From Entomortierella parvispora E1425 (Eukaryota > Fungi > Mortierellomycota): DNA of 64,000 nt. Numbering within the stretch: position 1 is the stretch's first letter; the number at the start of each line of letters is the position of its first letter. Below the pieces are notes generated by a model, which saw only the letters and a list, made by a program, of their open reading frames with translations, was not told the origin of the DNA and made no database searches. This document shows, one piece after another, positions 1-12,579 of the stretch. The stretch covers positions 1 to 64,000 of the forward strand of contig BQFW01000015.1 of the NCBI GenBank assembly GCA_020891255.1. Reading direction: 5' to 3'. The translations under genes and the position numbers were made by a program.

Positions 1-615
1 GCGGACAGGAGGGGCCCAGCACAGATTTTTTTTACAGGGCCCTAGCACAGACTATTTTACTGCCAATTGAAAACTGGTCAATATCCATTCTTGTCTCGTC
101 CCCACTTCGTTCGAGTGCGTCTCGCCTGTTTACTCGGCGTTTCTATAACACTACCAAAGAGATTATTCTTGCCAAAGCATCCGCAAAGGAGGCCACAGCA
201 CAAGCTGCAAGAATAAAAAAGCAAAAGTGTATAGGTATATGATATCCAGGATCTACATCGCAAACAACATCCCATTGCCGGGTTGCCCGGCCATTAGAGC
301 CTTCTATCGGAACCCCTCTTTGTTTCAATGATGGGGTGATCGCGACGGGTTACAACAAGGGCACTTAGTCATGACTTCATAGGCAAGATGGAAGGGATTT
401 ATTCTTTGGACATTCGTCCCATGGCAGAACAAAAGGCGTGAGGGTTGACTTGTATAGTCTACTGTATTGAATTGCCGCGTGAGCGAGGGGTCATTGAAGC
501 CTCCATCAACTGAGTAGAGTAGTGTGTTCTCGACCATCCTACCATCCTAAGCGAATAGACAATTTGCAGAGGCCAATCTTTTGATTTACCTGTATTCAAG
601 AGCTGCCCGACAGTG

Positions 616-781
616 GTGGATGGATAAGATTGATCATGGAGCAACTGATGGGGCGGTGGATGGACAAGGTAGATTATGGAGCAACTGATGGTGCGGTGGA
701 TGGACAAGGTAGATCATGGAGCAATTGATGGGCGGAAGATGGACAAGGTAGATCATGGGGCAACTGATGGGCTGGTGAATG
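616..781 (+). repeat. About four copies of a ~40-bp tandem repeat upstream of the TATA box (also ~39530-39690)
   Basis: Repeated gatggacaaggtagat(c/t)atggagcaactgatgg(g/t)gcgg units. Confidence 0.85.
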
Positions 782-862
782 GATTAAAGTTAATCAAGAT
801 CAACCAATGATAGTTCATCGCCAGCTCCCTCTGCTGCTGTCTCGTTCCAGCTTTGTTTGCGG

Positions 863-870
863 TATAAATA
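863..870 (+). promoter_or_regulatory. Candidate TATA box of the LINE transcription unit (copy B 39775-39782)
   Basis: TATAAATA followed by a pyrimidine-rich, ATG-free first exon and a run of introns. Confidence 0.6.
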
Positions 871-1034
871 CATCCAGGTCGCCTCGATCGCGCCCACGCC
901 CATTCTGCAGTTTCTGACTCAACTCTCTACCTTAAAACCTCCAGCACCATCATCTCTTCCCGAGCTTTCACCTGATTTTCCTTGATCTGAGTGCCAGTCT
1001 GACCCAAAGGCCGCTCTGAATCATATTTTGTCAG

Positions 1035-1642
1035 GTACGTGATGTGAGATATCTGTTCATCTACCAGCCTGCCTCAGAATTCTCTCTAACATCAATATTT
1101 TCTATCAGACCTGCTGTTGGTTTTCCCTGAGAAAAGTGCCATCTACCTCAAAGACCCTCTCGAAGACCAGATCCTCTCTTTGATCTCCAAGTACGTCTAC
1201 TAAGAGTATCCATCTGTTCTTCTATCTACATGTATCTACCAGCTTCGGAACTAATACTAAAAAACACTTCTTTATCTTCAAGTTCGACCTCGATTTTAGT
1301 GCTTGGTTCCTCCTTCGCAGAGTACCGGTCTGCCTCAAAGGCCTCCCTTCTGAAGACCAAGAAATCTACCTATTGATCGTCAGAGGTATGTAACTACAGG
1401 GTGCTTCTTCATCTATCTACTTGCTTCTGGACCCTCCCTAAACCAAACTTTTATCCACAGGTTCATGCCGAGCAATTGTTCTTGAGTAACTGTCCGCTTC
1501 AAAAAAACCTTCCCAAACCCCAAAAAACACGAGATTCCTTCCAACTGTCCAGTATTCCTTGTCGGGTATGCAGCACAAAATCAAAATATCAAAAAGGTCG
1601 AAAGTCCTGAATACTGACAGATGATCCTTTTCAACAATATAG
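1035..1642 (+). other. Spliced 5' leader with four predicted introns: 1035-1108, 1191-1282, 1386-1460, 1566-1642
   Basis: Donors GTACGT, GTACGT, GTATGT, GTATGC; branch-like CTAAC, CTAAT, CTAAAC, CTGAC; acceptors CAG, AAG, CAG, TAG; lengths 74-92 nt. The intron 2 acceptor is the least certain (alternatives at 1299 or 1320). Confidence 0.75.
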
Positions 1643-1657
1643 AGCAAGCCTCTCGCC

Positions 1658-4045
1658 ATGGCCCCACCTTTACCTTGGAACGAAAACGTGAATCGACTAG
1701 AGGCTGAGGAACTCGTCCAGAGATTTGGCAGACTCTGGCCTACACGCTGTGAGAATGCCGATTGCAATAAGCGTTTCCCACGGTCCTTCTACAAGGATCA
1801 AGTGTGCTCGCAGGGCTCAAACATCCGCCGCTTCCGTTGTGGCGGTTGTAAAATACCTTTAAAGTCCAAAAATGCTGGAGACTCTGCGTGTCGTTAGTCG
1901 TGATCCCGCAAAAGCTGAACGAGTAGTCCGTAGAAATGCGGAAGCGTATAGGAGGAGAGAGCGACGACAGGGGTCCTTATTAATGTTGTACACCCTACTA
2001 CCCACGCTGTATGCTCCGTTGACAATATGGAACTCCCTGCCCCTCAAGATGGGGCCTCTATGGACCATGCGGAACACCCTGCCACTCAAGATGGAGCCTC
2101 TGCGGACCATGCGGTACATCCTGCCACTGAAGATGGGGCCTCTGTGGACCATGCAGAACACCCTGCCACTCAAGATGGGGCCTCTGCGGATCATAATGGT
2201 ACCCCATGGCACTTGATCGGTCATAGCCTGCTGTCAGACACCGAATCAGTGCACGAGCTTGACGATTACGATTCTGGCACAATGGTGATTTCCTCGACCC
2301 CGCTGCAACCTGCTTTGGGTACCCAAATTTCTCGCCTTGGATCTCCCCTGACACAGCAGCACCGGCACTCCCAGTACCCGCACTGGTCGCCTGACTCTCT
2401 GCAGCCCTCTCAGTCAGTTGCCAACAGTCAGTCATCGTTAAGCTTCATCGTTGATGATCAGTCACAAATTGATCCACAAGCAAGCCAGATGGGCTCCTCA
2501 TCCCCACTTTGAGCCTCCACCCCTCACAGTGGACACCGATGTCAGGGGAACTCCGATACAGACTGTAGCCTTGGCATCTGGATCCACTCTGCCAGCCTTC
2601 CAAAGTTCTCCTCTCAGGGCGGGTCAAGAGCTCTCGCACACACACAGTTCCTCTCCCAGGCCATCATCTGTTGCATTGGGGAAACGTCGTCGCGCGGAGA
2701 CTCCTGAATCTACTGAGCCAGATTCGCAGAGTTTTCCGCCTGGGGCGGATCAAGAGCTCTCGCGTCAGCACATGTCCCCTCCCAGACTATCATCTGCTGC
2801 ATTGGGAATACGACGCCACGCGGAGGGCTGCATGGAGGAAACTACCTGTCAAAAGGAGCAGCCACAGCGTACTGAGGGTCAACCTTTATTCCGAGAGCAG
2901 GCTGTCGAGCTATTTACAGCCCAATTGGCGCAATTGGAAGCTCGACTCGAAGTCCAACTTGCAACCCAACTTCAAGCCGTCATCCAAGCAGAAGTGACAG
3001 AGCTCTTCCGTCTGCAACGCGAGTCCAACCAAGCACCACTGACAGCGGAGGCAGACTCCCGGCCACCTGTCATTCCCGCAACTCGAGTCCAGGCCGGTCT
3101 AGCAAAGCCTGTTCGAGTTCGTATCGACTCTGTTCGGCCGCGCCAAGCTCAGCCTGCCTCTCCTCGGTCCCATTCTGCAGCCAGATCACCGGCAGCAGTT
3201 TCTGCTGTTGCCTCGCAGTCAATTCGCCTGCCAAAGCAAGAACCAAGGCAACAGTTAACGCTGGTGCTGCTCGCCAAGGTCCTAGTAAGGCTCAGATGGA
3301 CATTGTCAAGTCCATGAAGCCTCCAAGACCTTTCAGAGCACGCAAAACTGCTGCCGAGGCCGCAAGACCAACGATTGCTCCTGTCCGAGTATATTTTTCT
3401 GGTGTTCAGTCCGGGCCTCTCAAGGTTTTCAAGGCAAAGTTGCGTGGTTTGAGAATTTGTACCTCACTGATTTACAACATCTCATTTGTTGGGAAGTCTA
3501 TGTGCGAATTTTTGGTCGATGCTGCCTACCGAGCCAAGTTCATTGAGTCTATGAAAAGCTTCACTTTCAGACACTTGCCCAACTATGACCCAGCCGTTCC
3601 TCAAGATCCCAATGTCACTGAAGAGACTGCAGAGCTTCTGAGAGGGGCGTACATTCGCCGCCTTGAAACAACGGCTTCAACGACCAACCGCGATTTCGTG
3701 CGAGATGATTTCCTGAGCATGCTTGCTGCAGCAGATCCCACAGCTCCCACATCTGCCACAGATCTCCCTGATCTCTCTGGACCGATGGACACTGGCACTG
3801 TTGCCGCGACGGCCTCTGCTTCTTCCGGGCTGGTGGAAACTGATATCCCTCTGACTGGTGCTGCTTCTGAAGCCGCCTCTGCTGCAATGGATATTGATCC
3901 CCCCCTGGCTGCTACTGCAACCGCCTCTGATTCTGAGCTAGTTGACACTCATACGCATCCCGCTGCCGAAGACACAGCTGGTGCCAGTGCTGACGCTCTA
4001 AGCGCTAATGAGGAACCCACACGCCCCGCTTCCTCTCATGAATAA
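1658..4045 (+). CDS. Non-LTR retrotransposon ORF1 (gag-like), copy A, broken by homopolymer frameshifts
   Basis: Pieces 1658-1897, 2027-2512, 2451-3317 and 3296-4045 join up to the intact 796-aa ORF of copy B. Confidence 0.85.
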
Positions 4046-7000
4046 TCAGGTCCTCCGTACTGGTTACTTGAACTGCCGCGGTCTTCAGGCAGGTTCATTT
4101 GACAGAATCGTTTCTTTCGTTTCTGGCCCATCCCCCTTCGATATCATCTTCTTATCAGAGACATGGTATATCTGCCCTGACTATTACAGTCGCCATCCTC
4201 TCTTCCTTTGTTCTACGCCCATACCTGGAAGTCGACCAGTTAATGGCCGGCTTTATGGTGGTATCATCTGTGTTGTCTCCCACCAACTCAAGCGATCACA
4301 CTGCACCTTTTCAGTCACTCGGCACTCAATTGACGTGTCCATCTTTGGCACCAACATCCGCGCCTTATATCTTCCTCCTTCTCTCAAGAACCCCAGCTTC
4401 CGTTCAGCTTTGTTCGATCCCGTCGCCCACCTTTCTTCGAGATCTCGTCCAGATATTCTTCTCGGAGACATCAACACCAAGCTAGGAGAACCAAACCTTC
4501 CCCTATCGGTGAACGTGTCACCATAGTTCAGGAGCTGGTCCATCATTACCATTACAACCGAGTTTTCCCTCTTCTGTCTACGCCAAGAACCATCATGTAT
4601 TGGCTCGCTTTCACCCAGACTTCTCTTGGAGGTATGAACGGGTTGACCCCTCAGTATGGACAGATACGGACCACAGTCTCATGTCTTGCAAGTTCACGCC
4701 TCGTGATATACATGATACTGGCACTACCGACGAGTGTTACCGTATCAGTCTGAAGTACTTGGAACTAAAAGCAGTTCGTTCTCTCTGCTGTGGTTACTAC
4801 ATGGAACTGGCCAACCAATTCGACAAGTTTATCATGGACACTGTATCGCGCGTACGGCGACTCTCTGACGCGCGTTCTTTGGATGGAGTTTCCTCCAAGA
4901 CAGACAAGCAGTGGTGGATCATCTTGACGATTGTCTTTCTTCAGCTATCTTGACAGCGGCTGAAGAAGCATGCGGCTCTTATGTCCCCAGCGTCATTCGT
5001 ACTACTCCAGACAAGCTCTCTGATTCTTTGTCTTCGGTCCCGAAGATGAATGACGCCATCCGTATCTTCAAACGAGCGTGTCGCAGCCAGGTGGTGGCTC
5101 TGAAATCTCGGGACCCTACCATCTCTCCAGTGGCAGATGTTGTCTCGCACTACAGGTCTGTTTTCACTCAGCCCGATCCACGATTCCTACCTGCGGCTCG
5201 ATCCCCTTACCGTGGCATCTCCTTTGAGCCTGATCCTGGCTTGGACGATATGTTTACGAAGGATAACATGCAAGCAATCTGGAAGAAATACCCGACCAAC
5301 GCCTCTGGTGGAGAGGATGGGATCCATGTCCAACTCCTACGAGCACTTCAAGGCACCGAGCTTCCAGAACACATTGCTGGCCTTTTCAGGATTTGCTGTT
5401 TGCTCGGTGTCACGCCATCATCATGGAATGTCTCCGTAATCAATCCTATTCCGAAGACAGAGGGTGCTACGACCATTGACAAATTCCGGCCAATTTCCCT
5501 TACATTGATGATTCGGCGGACCTTCGAAAAGTTCTTTTGGGACATCTTTTGGAGTCTGATGCCTCCAAGCTTCATCACACTCAAGCTGGCTTCCGTAACG
5601 GATTTTCAACTTTGACTCATGCATTGGTTGCTGACGACTGTGCTATCCGCGGACAAAAGTATCGTGTCTTTTACGATTTTGCCCAAGCATATGATACAGT
5701 CCCAGTGCCTCTGCTACTTTCAAAGATGAAAACCCGAGGAGCATCCGCTCAGATTTTGTCGCTCGTAGACGCCCTCTTTGTCGGCACATCTACTAAGGTT
5801 ATCGTCAATGGGAGGCAGACAGAGTCTATTCCCCTGAGCCGAGGCCTGCTCCAAGGCTCCATCTTGTCTCCTCTATTGTTTGACATCTTTATCGACGACC
5901 TGGCTCACAAGCTTAACAAGGATACTCCGGACCCGAAGAAAATACCGCGAGCGCTGTTGTACGCCGACGATATAACAGCTGGATCCCATGCACTGCACCA
6001 CTTGCAAGTTACTTCCAATGACTTGGTCGACTGGTGCCACGAGAACGGTATGACGATCAATCTCGCTAAATGCGGGGTGGTTGGTCTGACCCATGGTGAT
6101 CGTGACTTGGTCCTTCGCGGTATTGGCCCAATCCCTCGGGTTGAATGCTACAACTACCTTGGATTCCCATACAAATCCAGAGGGATCGACTGGGCTGAAC
6201 ACTTGAAATCCATGGCTTTAAAAGCATCAAAGACTCTGAAGTTCTGCGAAGCCAGGGGTAATTCCAAGTGGTCTGCAGGTCTACGGCTAGCTTTGTATCG
6301 CGCGTTTGTCCGCTCTAGAATGGAATATGGTGCAGGCATCATGTACCACTGGATCCAGAATGACAGCAAGTCTAGGACAGAGCACTTGAAGGCTATAGCG
6401 ACAGTCCAAGACGCGGCCCTGAAATGGATTTTGGAGTTCAAGGACCCTACAAAGGTTACTCACTCATTTCTTGCCTTGCCAACTATCTACGTGCGATTCT
6501 CCGACTTGGCCTGCCTCCTTACGGACCACTTTATTGGAATGGATGGGAACAACCCAGCAAGAACCCTCCGTGATGTCCTCTTCGGCAATGTTGGCCGAAA
6601 TAAGGACCGGATTCTTCCAAAGTGCCACAAGCACCCGGACCGCCTGTTGTATCAAAATTATCTGGCAAGACTTAGAAGAGAAGAAAAAGTCGATTCATTG
6701 AAGGTCTGGCTGCGGAAGAGGTTCCTTGACGAGTGCTTCCGGACGCTGCGGCTTTGCAAGTATTTCGAGCCTCAGATGCGCACGAGAGGTATAGGGCCTG
6801 TTACCGCCATCTACTTCAAGTCACTCCGCCTACGCAAGAACGCAATTGCTTGGCACCTGAACAAATTCGCTTGTGGAGCGCGCTGTTCGGAATGCAACAA
6901 CATTTTTCATCAAACCCATGTTGTCGATTGCGGCTGGCAAGAAAAGCTCCTTGATCGTGCCCCTCCGAAAGTTGTTGCCACCTTCTTGGCTCTGCCCCCG

Positions 7001-7129
7001 CTTGCACCAAACAAGTGTCGTCCCAACTTCGTCGACTTCCTCCTCAAGGAGAGGCACCTTGCCTCCTTGGCCGAGGCATTTGGCTGGTTGGAATTCTGGA
7101 TGCGTCCTCGGGAAAACTACGATGTATAG
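4038..7129 (+). CDS. Non-LTR retrotransposon ORF2: APE endonuclease, reverse transcriptase, C-terminal Cys/His motif (~1030 aa; copy A frameshifted)
   Basis: APE motifs GYLNCRGL, IIFLSETW, ILLGDIN, TDH. RT motifs FRPISL, QAGFR, DFAQAYDTV, GLLQGSILSPLLF, LLYADD, YLG. C-terminal CSECNNIFHQTHVVDC. Confidence 0.95.
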
Positions 7130-7698
7130 TCTTGGATGTTGTCTGTCAGTCAGTCAGTCTTTTTTTTTTTTTTTTTTTTTTTTTTTTGTTCGTGCTCCCT
7201 CGCGCCAGAAAAAAATAAAATAAAAAAATTGACTACAATTGCTGCCACCCTGCTCAGATCGTTGCTGCCCCATGTCTTCTCTCCTAGTAAGTGTTGATCA
7301 TTACGAAAGAAGATATCTCATTCTAACGACCTCCATGGTCTTTATTGTCCATATTGTCCAGCAATTAGTCCATCCAGTTGATGACATCTGCTCCTTTTTG
7401 CCCGTGTCCTCACACTTCTCGTATTCGCTCCCTTGGTAAGCATCTGCTCTTCACGCCTACAATACCCCTTTCAATGGAAGAGAGATAGAAAGAAAGAGCA
7501 ATCGTTCTAACCATTTCAACTGCTTTGTCCATAGAGTTAAGAATGTCAATGGTATATATCTCCTCGGTCCTTTGAATCCTTGCTGTCAATTCAAGCGGCT
7601 GTCTCCTTTTCGCCTACTCTGCTCCCTGCTTCCGTGGCGGCGCCTTGCGGCCTTGACATGATCTGAACTGACAGGGGGTTCTGGGGGTCGAGACTGGG

Positions 7699-7729
<31 letters not shown>

Positions 7730-10700
7730 GCTCCAAAAAAAAAACATTCAGCTCTCCAAGCTGCAGATGGCGGCTGTTCCTGCCCGGTTGTTATATCTGC
7801 TCTAGTTTCAGTAAGTGCAGCCTACAATTCATACATTCGATGTTCCCTACTGAGGAAGATAAACGGAGAAAGTATTTCAACTGACGGCTTTAGTTGATTT
7901 TATATCCTACGTAGTCTGACCCAGCGTCTGGTCTTCGGTCCTCCATTCAGGTGAGATGTTTCCATTCTTCCGCCTCTTCCTTGCAGACCGTTGCCACATT
8001 GTCATTGTGATTGCTCCTACCATGTCAAAGGCGCCCTTTTCTGGTCTTCTCTCCGGACTTCCATCCTGGCCAATTGGTCTTTTTCAGCCCACTCATACCT
8101 GCTTACTCCTCTTGTAGCGGCAACTTGCGGTCTTGACTCAACTTTACGGTTTCCTGGGAGTAGACGTCGTAATTTCATCATGGCATGGACCACAGGAGCT
8201 TTGTTACATGGTTTGGACACATCCTTTCTGTCTTGCTTCCATGTCTATTCCCTGCGGTGAGTGAAGTTGGCTTGTATGGAAGAGAGATAAAGAAAACTTA
8301 TTCTAACGCCCCTCTTGTTTCATCGTCCATGTAGTCGGGCATGTTGACAGCGTCTGCTCGCCTCGGCTCTAGCCAGTTCCATGTTCCTTGCGATCATTGC
8401 CCTAAGTTTTTGACTGACCGGAACTCTGGATCGGGCGCTGGTTCTTTGATGGCGAGGTCCGTCTCCGCTCAAAAAAGAAAGGAGGGGCAGCCGTCACAGT
8501 TCTGTTGTCCCATGTCTGGTCCGGTCCATGTCTTCCGCTGAATCGTTGAATACCAACTTTATGCTGGCCAGAAATCCCTCCTGCCCCTGTCGGGTCGGGG
8601 CACCAAGGGGATGAAACCACATTCACGATTCGCATGCGTGAGTCCTGGATCTGGGTTAAGGTCTGCCCTCGTTGTCGTCTATGGCTGCTTCCTGGAGTCC
8701 TTCAGTCGAAATGCCTATCGTTGCCTGTCGACTCCATGCTGGCTCTTTCAATCAAGCTGTTGCATGTGTCATTACATGTCATCTCCAAGCCGCTCTTTCG
8801 ATGAGGTTGATCTGCCCACCTTTGAAGAACCTCTCCTACTACCTCCGAGGACTGGGTGTTCAAAGGCTGAACCCAAAGCCCGCCCATATGGGTCTTGAGT
8901 TTTTGGCATGAAAGACTGGCATTGTTCCTGCTGCTCCGCGGTCTCGACTCAAGTTTCTGGTTTTCTGAAGCGCTGGGAGCTACATCTTGGGTCTGTTTCG
9001 TGAACCATATTCGCAAAAAAGAAACAAACTGGCTGTATCCTGCCGTTCCTACCGTTCCTGCAGTCCTGGAAGTTGCATCCGTTCGTATGGTAAGTTTTTT
9101 GGGGCGTGTCGTTGAAAAGAGACAAAGACGGATGGGCAGCTCCAACGAGGACGAGAATCGAGTACGAGATGGTTGACGCACGTGATGTGCCTTTTTTTCG
9201 TTTTTTTTTTTTTTTTTTTTGTCCGCAGCCAAGCATGTTCAGGAAGACAGGGTATCCTCAGCCTCAGACCTCACAGCACTGGTCTAGTCGACAGGAGTTC
9301 GGAGGAGGGGTCCTTGATTGTGTGGTTCGTTGCCCGCTTAGAAAAAAAGAGTTCCTGGCCTGCTTTGTTGCAAATCCCACTTGTTCAATCCGCTTCTATG
9401 GTAAGTGTTGTTCCTCACGCGTTTGAAAGCCTCTCGTGCAAAAAGACAAATGGAGGGACAATCGTTCTAACCCTTCCCATGTTGTCGATATAATCAGGCA
9501 GGCTACTTATCTTTGTTCACACCGCCGTTTTATTCGCTCCTTTGGTAAGTGTCTGCCACGCCTGTGATACTGTGATATCCCTTTCGAGGGATAGAAAAAA
9601 AAAAGCAATCGTTCTAACGACTTTAGCTGATTTTATTGTCGATATAGTCAAGAGCGTCAACGGTATCCATTCTCCTCGATCCTTGAGCTCCTTGCCGTCA
9701 ATCCAAGTGGGCTGATTCTTTTCGCCTACTACGATTCCTGCTTTAGAGACGGCGCCTAGTGGCTTTTGCATGAGTCCTAGACAAACTCGCACACTTGACT
9801 AGGTGTGGTCTGATTCCACGCAAAATAGCAAGAGGAGAGGGCCGTTGCTGGGTCGTCGTCGATAAGTTCGTTCCAGTATTCCTTGGGGTCGAGCCGTTGA
9901 ATATTGCCTCCGTGATGATTTCTCAGTCAAGTTTATCACCCTCATCGATACCAAGGCGATGAAGGGTGAATCCATCACCAATCGGTACTCAAGAATCCTG
10001 GATCTCCGTTGAGAATTGCTACCGTTGTCGCCTGTGGCCGCTTCCTGGAGTCTTTCGGTCGAACTGATGCCTGTCGTTACCTGTCAACCACATGTTGGCC
10101 CACTCAGTCACATTGTTGCCTGTCGCTGCCTGTCAACTCCATGCTGGTCTGCTTAGTCAAGTTGTTGCCAGGCGTTGCTTGTCGACTCCTGCCTGGTCTA
10201 TTCAGTCAAGTTGCTGCATGTGACATACATGTCATCATCATGCTGTCCATCCAGCCAAGCTGGATTGCCCTCCTTTGACCCTCCGCTCCTGCTCCTTCCG
10301 AGGACCGGATGTCAGAAGGATGAGCCCATAACCTGCACCTGTGGGTCTTGAGGTTTTGCATGAAAACCTGCGTTGTCCTGCTTCTGCACGGTCTCGATTC
10401 AAGTTTCTGGTTTTCTAAAACGCCGGAGCCATGCCTCGAGTCTAGTACTTTTTGTTGCATGGGTCCACATTCGCACAGAAGACATAGACTGGTTGCACCC
10501 TGCTGTCCTTGCTGTCCTGGATGTTGCATCCGTTCGTACGGTAAGTTTGAGAAGAGTATCTTTTGAAGAACGGGGAAAGAGTGATTTCTCAGAGCCGCAA
10601 AGGCAAAATGAAAGAAAATTGCGACAAGCCACGGACAGCGGAAAGGGAAAAAAAAAGAAATGCATTCTAACGTGGTCTCTTCTTGCTGTTGCCAACCTAG

Positions 10701-10943
10701 CCAAGCATGTTCAGGCCAGCATGTCTCTTTTGGCTTGCGGACAAGGGTTTCCGTTTCCTTCTCCAGTGACCTTGACCTAGGTTCTGACTCGACTGAAGTT
10801 TCGAATCAGGTCGAGGTCGGGGGGTTTTTTCTGGTTGTGTGGTCCGTCTGACGCTTTGCAAAATGAAACGACTTTCTGCACTGCCCGCTCCTCTGGTAAG
10901 CAAGGCGACTCTTCACGCGTCTGAAATCCCTCCCAAGGAAAGA

Positions 10944-10989
<46 letters not shown>

Positions 10990-11064
10990 GAGGAAGAGAA
11001 AAAAAGAAACGCTCATTCTGACGTTCTCTTCGTTTTATTGTCTACGCAGTTAGGAAGTCAACAG

Positions 11065-11280
11065 CGTCCTCTTCCTGGTCCTGGTCCTCTTCCTGGTCCT
11101 GGCCCTCTTCCTGGTCCTGGTCCTCTTCCTGTCCTCTTCCTGGTCCTGGCCTCTTCCTGGTCCTGGCCTCTTCCTGGTCCTGGCCTCTTCCTGGTCCTGG
11201 CCTCTTCCTGGTCCTGGCCTCTTCCTGGTCCTGGCCTCTTCCTGGTCCTGGCCCTCTTCCTGGTCCTGGTCCTCCTCTTG
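11065..11280. repeat. 17/18-bp minisatellite (cctggtcctggc(c)ctctt)n
   Basis: Direct reading of the tandem units; also at ~50020-50215. Confidence 0.9.
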
Positions 11281-11919
11281 GCTCATTATTCTGGCCAAAC
11301 CCTCTATGGCCGGATCTAGCAATCGAAGGACTTTTCTGTCCGCTTCTGCCATGCCGTTCTGTCAGGCTGTGTCTGCCTCCGACCTGCTGCGGCCCTGATT
11401 TTTTTTTTTTTGGTTGCGGAGCCAAAAAAAAAAAAAGCTTCACCCCAGGCGTGTCGTTCTGTCCGCTCCTGCAGTAGGTGTTGCTCCTCAAGCGCTTGAT
11501 GTTCCTTCTTGGAAAAAGAATCCATGCTGATGTCCTCTTGGTTTTTGTCCATATAGACCTAGCGCCTGCCCGCGCTTGCTTCAGTGGTATTTTGGTTGGG
11601 CCCCTTGCTTCCTTTGGTCCTTCAGTCGAGCAGATCTCCTCTGGTGGGTCTCCCCAGATTGTCCATTGTGGGCCTTGGGTCTTTGGGTCTGTCTGGTCCA
11701 GTTGTCGCTAGGGGCGCTCTCTGTGCTCCATCATTCAAGCCCATCGCCTGTCACCAATCTCCTTAGCCAGAGGGCACTTGCCCATCTCCCCACATGTGGG
11801 GGGATGGAGGCTGAGACTATGTGAGCTGGGACTAGGGCACCAGGACCGACTCTGTTGGCTTTTGCCCTGTGGCTACTTCCTGGAGTCTTTCGGTCGAACC
11901 GTTGCCTGTCTTGCCTGTC

Positions 11920-12180
11920 GACTCCATGCCTGGCCCATTCAGTCAAGTTGCTGCCTGTCGACTCCATGCCTGGCCCATTCAGTCAAGTTGCTGCCTGTCG
12001 TTGCCTGTCGACTCCATGCCTGGCCAATTCAGTCAAGTTGCTGCCTGTCGTTGCCTGTCAACTCCATGCTTGGCCCACTCAGTCAAGTTGCTGCCTGTCG
12101 TTGCCTGTCAACTCCATGCTTGGCCCACTCAGTCAAGTTGCTGCCTGTCGTTGCCTGTCGTTGCCTGCCGACTCAATGCC
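11920..12180. repeat. ~50-bp tandem repeat (gtcgttgcctgtcaactccatgcttggcccactcagtcaagttgctgcct), about five copies
   Basis: Tandem units seen; single copies occur in the paralogous modules at ~8720 and ~10120. Confidence 0.85.
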
Positions 12181-12579
12181 TGTTGCATGTGACATTACAT
12201 GCCATCATGAAGTTTCTGATTTCTGAAACGCCGGAGCCATGCCTCGAGTCTAGTACTTTTTGTTGCATGGGTCCACATTCGCACAGAAGACATAGACTGG
12301 TTGCACCCTGCTGTCCTTGCTGTCCTGGATGTTGCATCCGTTCGTACGGTAAGTTTGAGAAGAGTATCTTTTGAAGAACGGGGAAAGAGTGATTTCTCAG
12401 AGCCGCAAAGGCAAAAAGAAAGAAAAGTGCTGCGAAAAGTCACGGACAGCGGAAAGGGAAAAAAAAACGAAATGCATTCTAACGTGGTCTCTTCTTGCTG
12501 TTGCCAACCTAGCCAGTGACCTTGACCTTGGTTCTGAGTCGACTGAAGTTTCGGATCAGGTCGAGGTCGGGGGTTTTCT

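Larger units (their letters stand above)
863..7228 (+). mobile_element. Full-length LINE-like element, copy A (boundaries approximate; no TSD found)
   Basis: ORF1 plus ORF2, then (CAGT)n, a ~30-nt T run and an A-rich tail AAAAAAATAAAATAAAAAAA at ~7209-7228. Confidence 0.85.

Noticed and set aside
616-781. Hammerhead ribozyme repeats as in Penelope/Terminon ends
   Set aside because: The core reads CTGATGG rather than CTGANGA and no matching GAAA stem arrangement was seen; the RT is APE-LINE type, not Penelope type.
900-1490. Small protein encoded by the LINE leader exons
   Set aside because: Some exon frames look protein-like, but there is no initiating ATG and phases do not match across intron 2.
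5873-6655. Antisense ORFs within the LINE, hAT and CRN genes
   Set aside because: Shadow frames of real coding sequence with no motifs.
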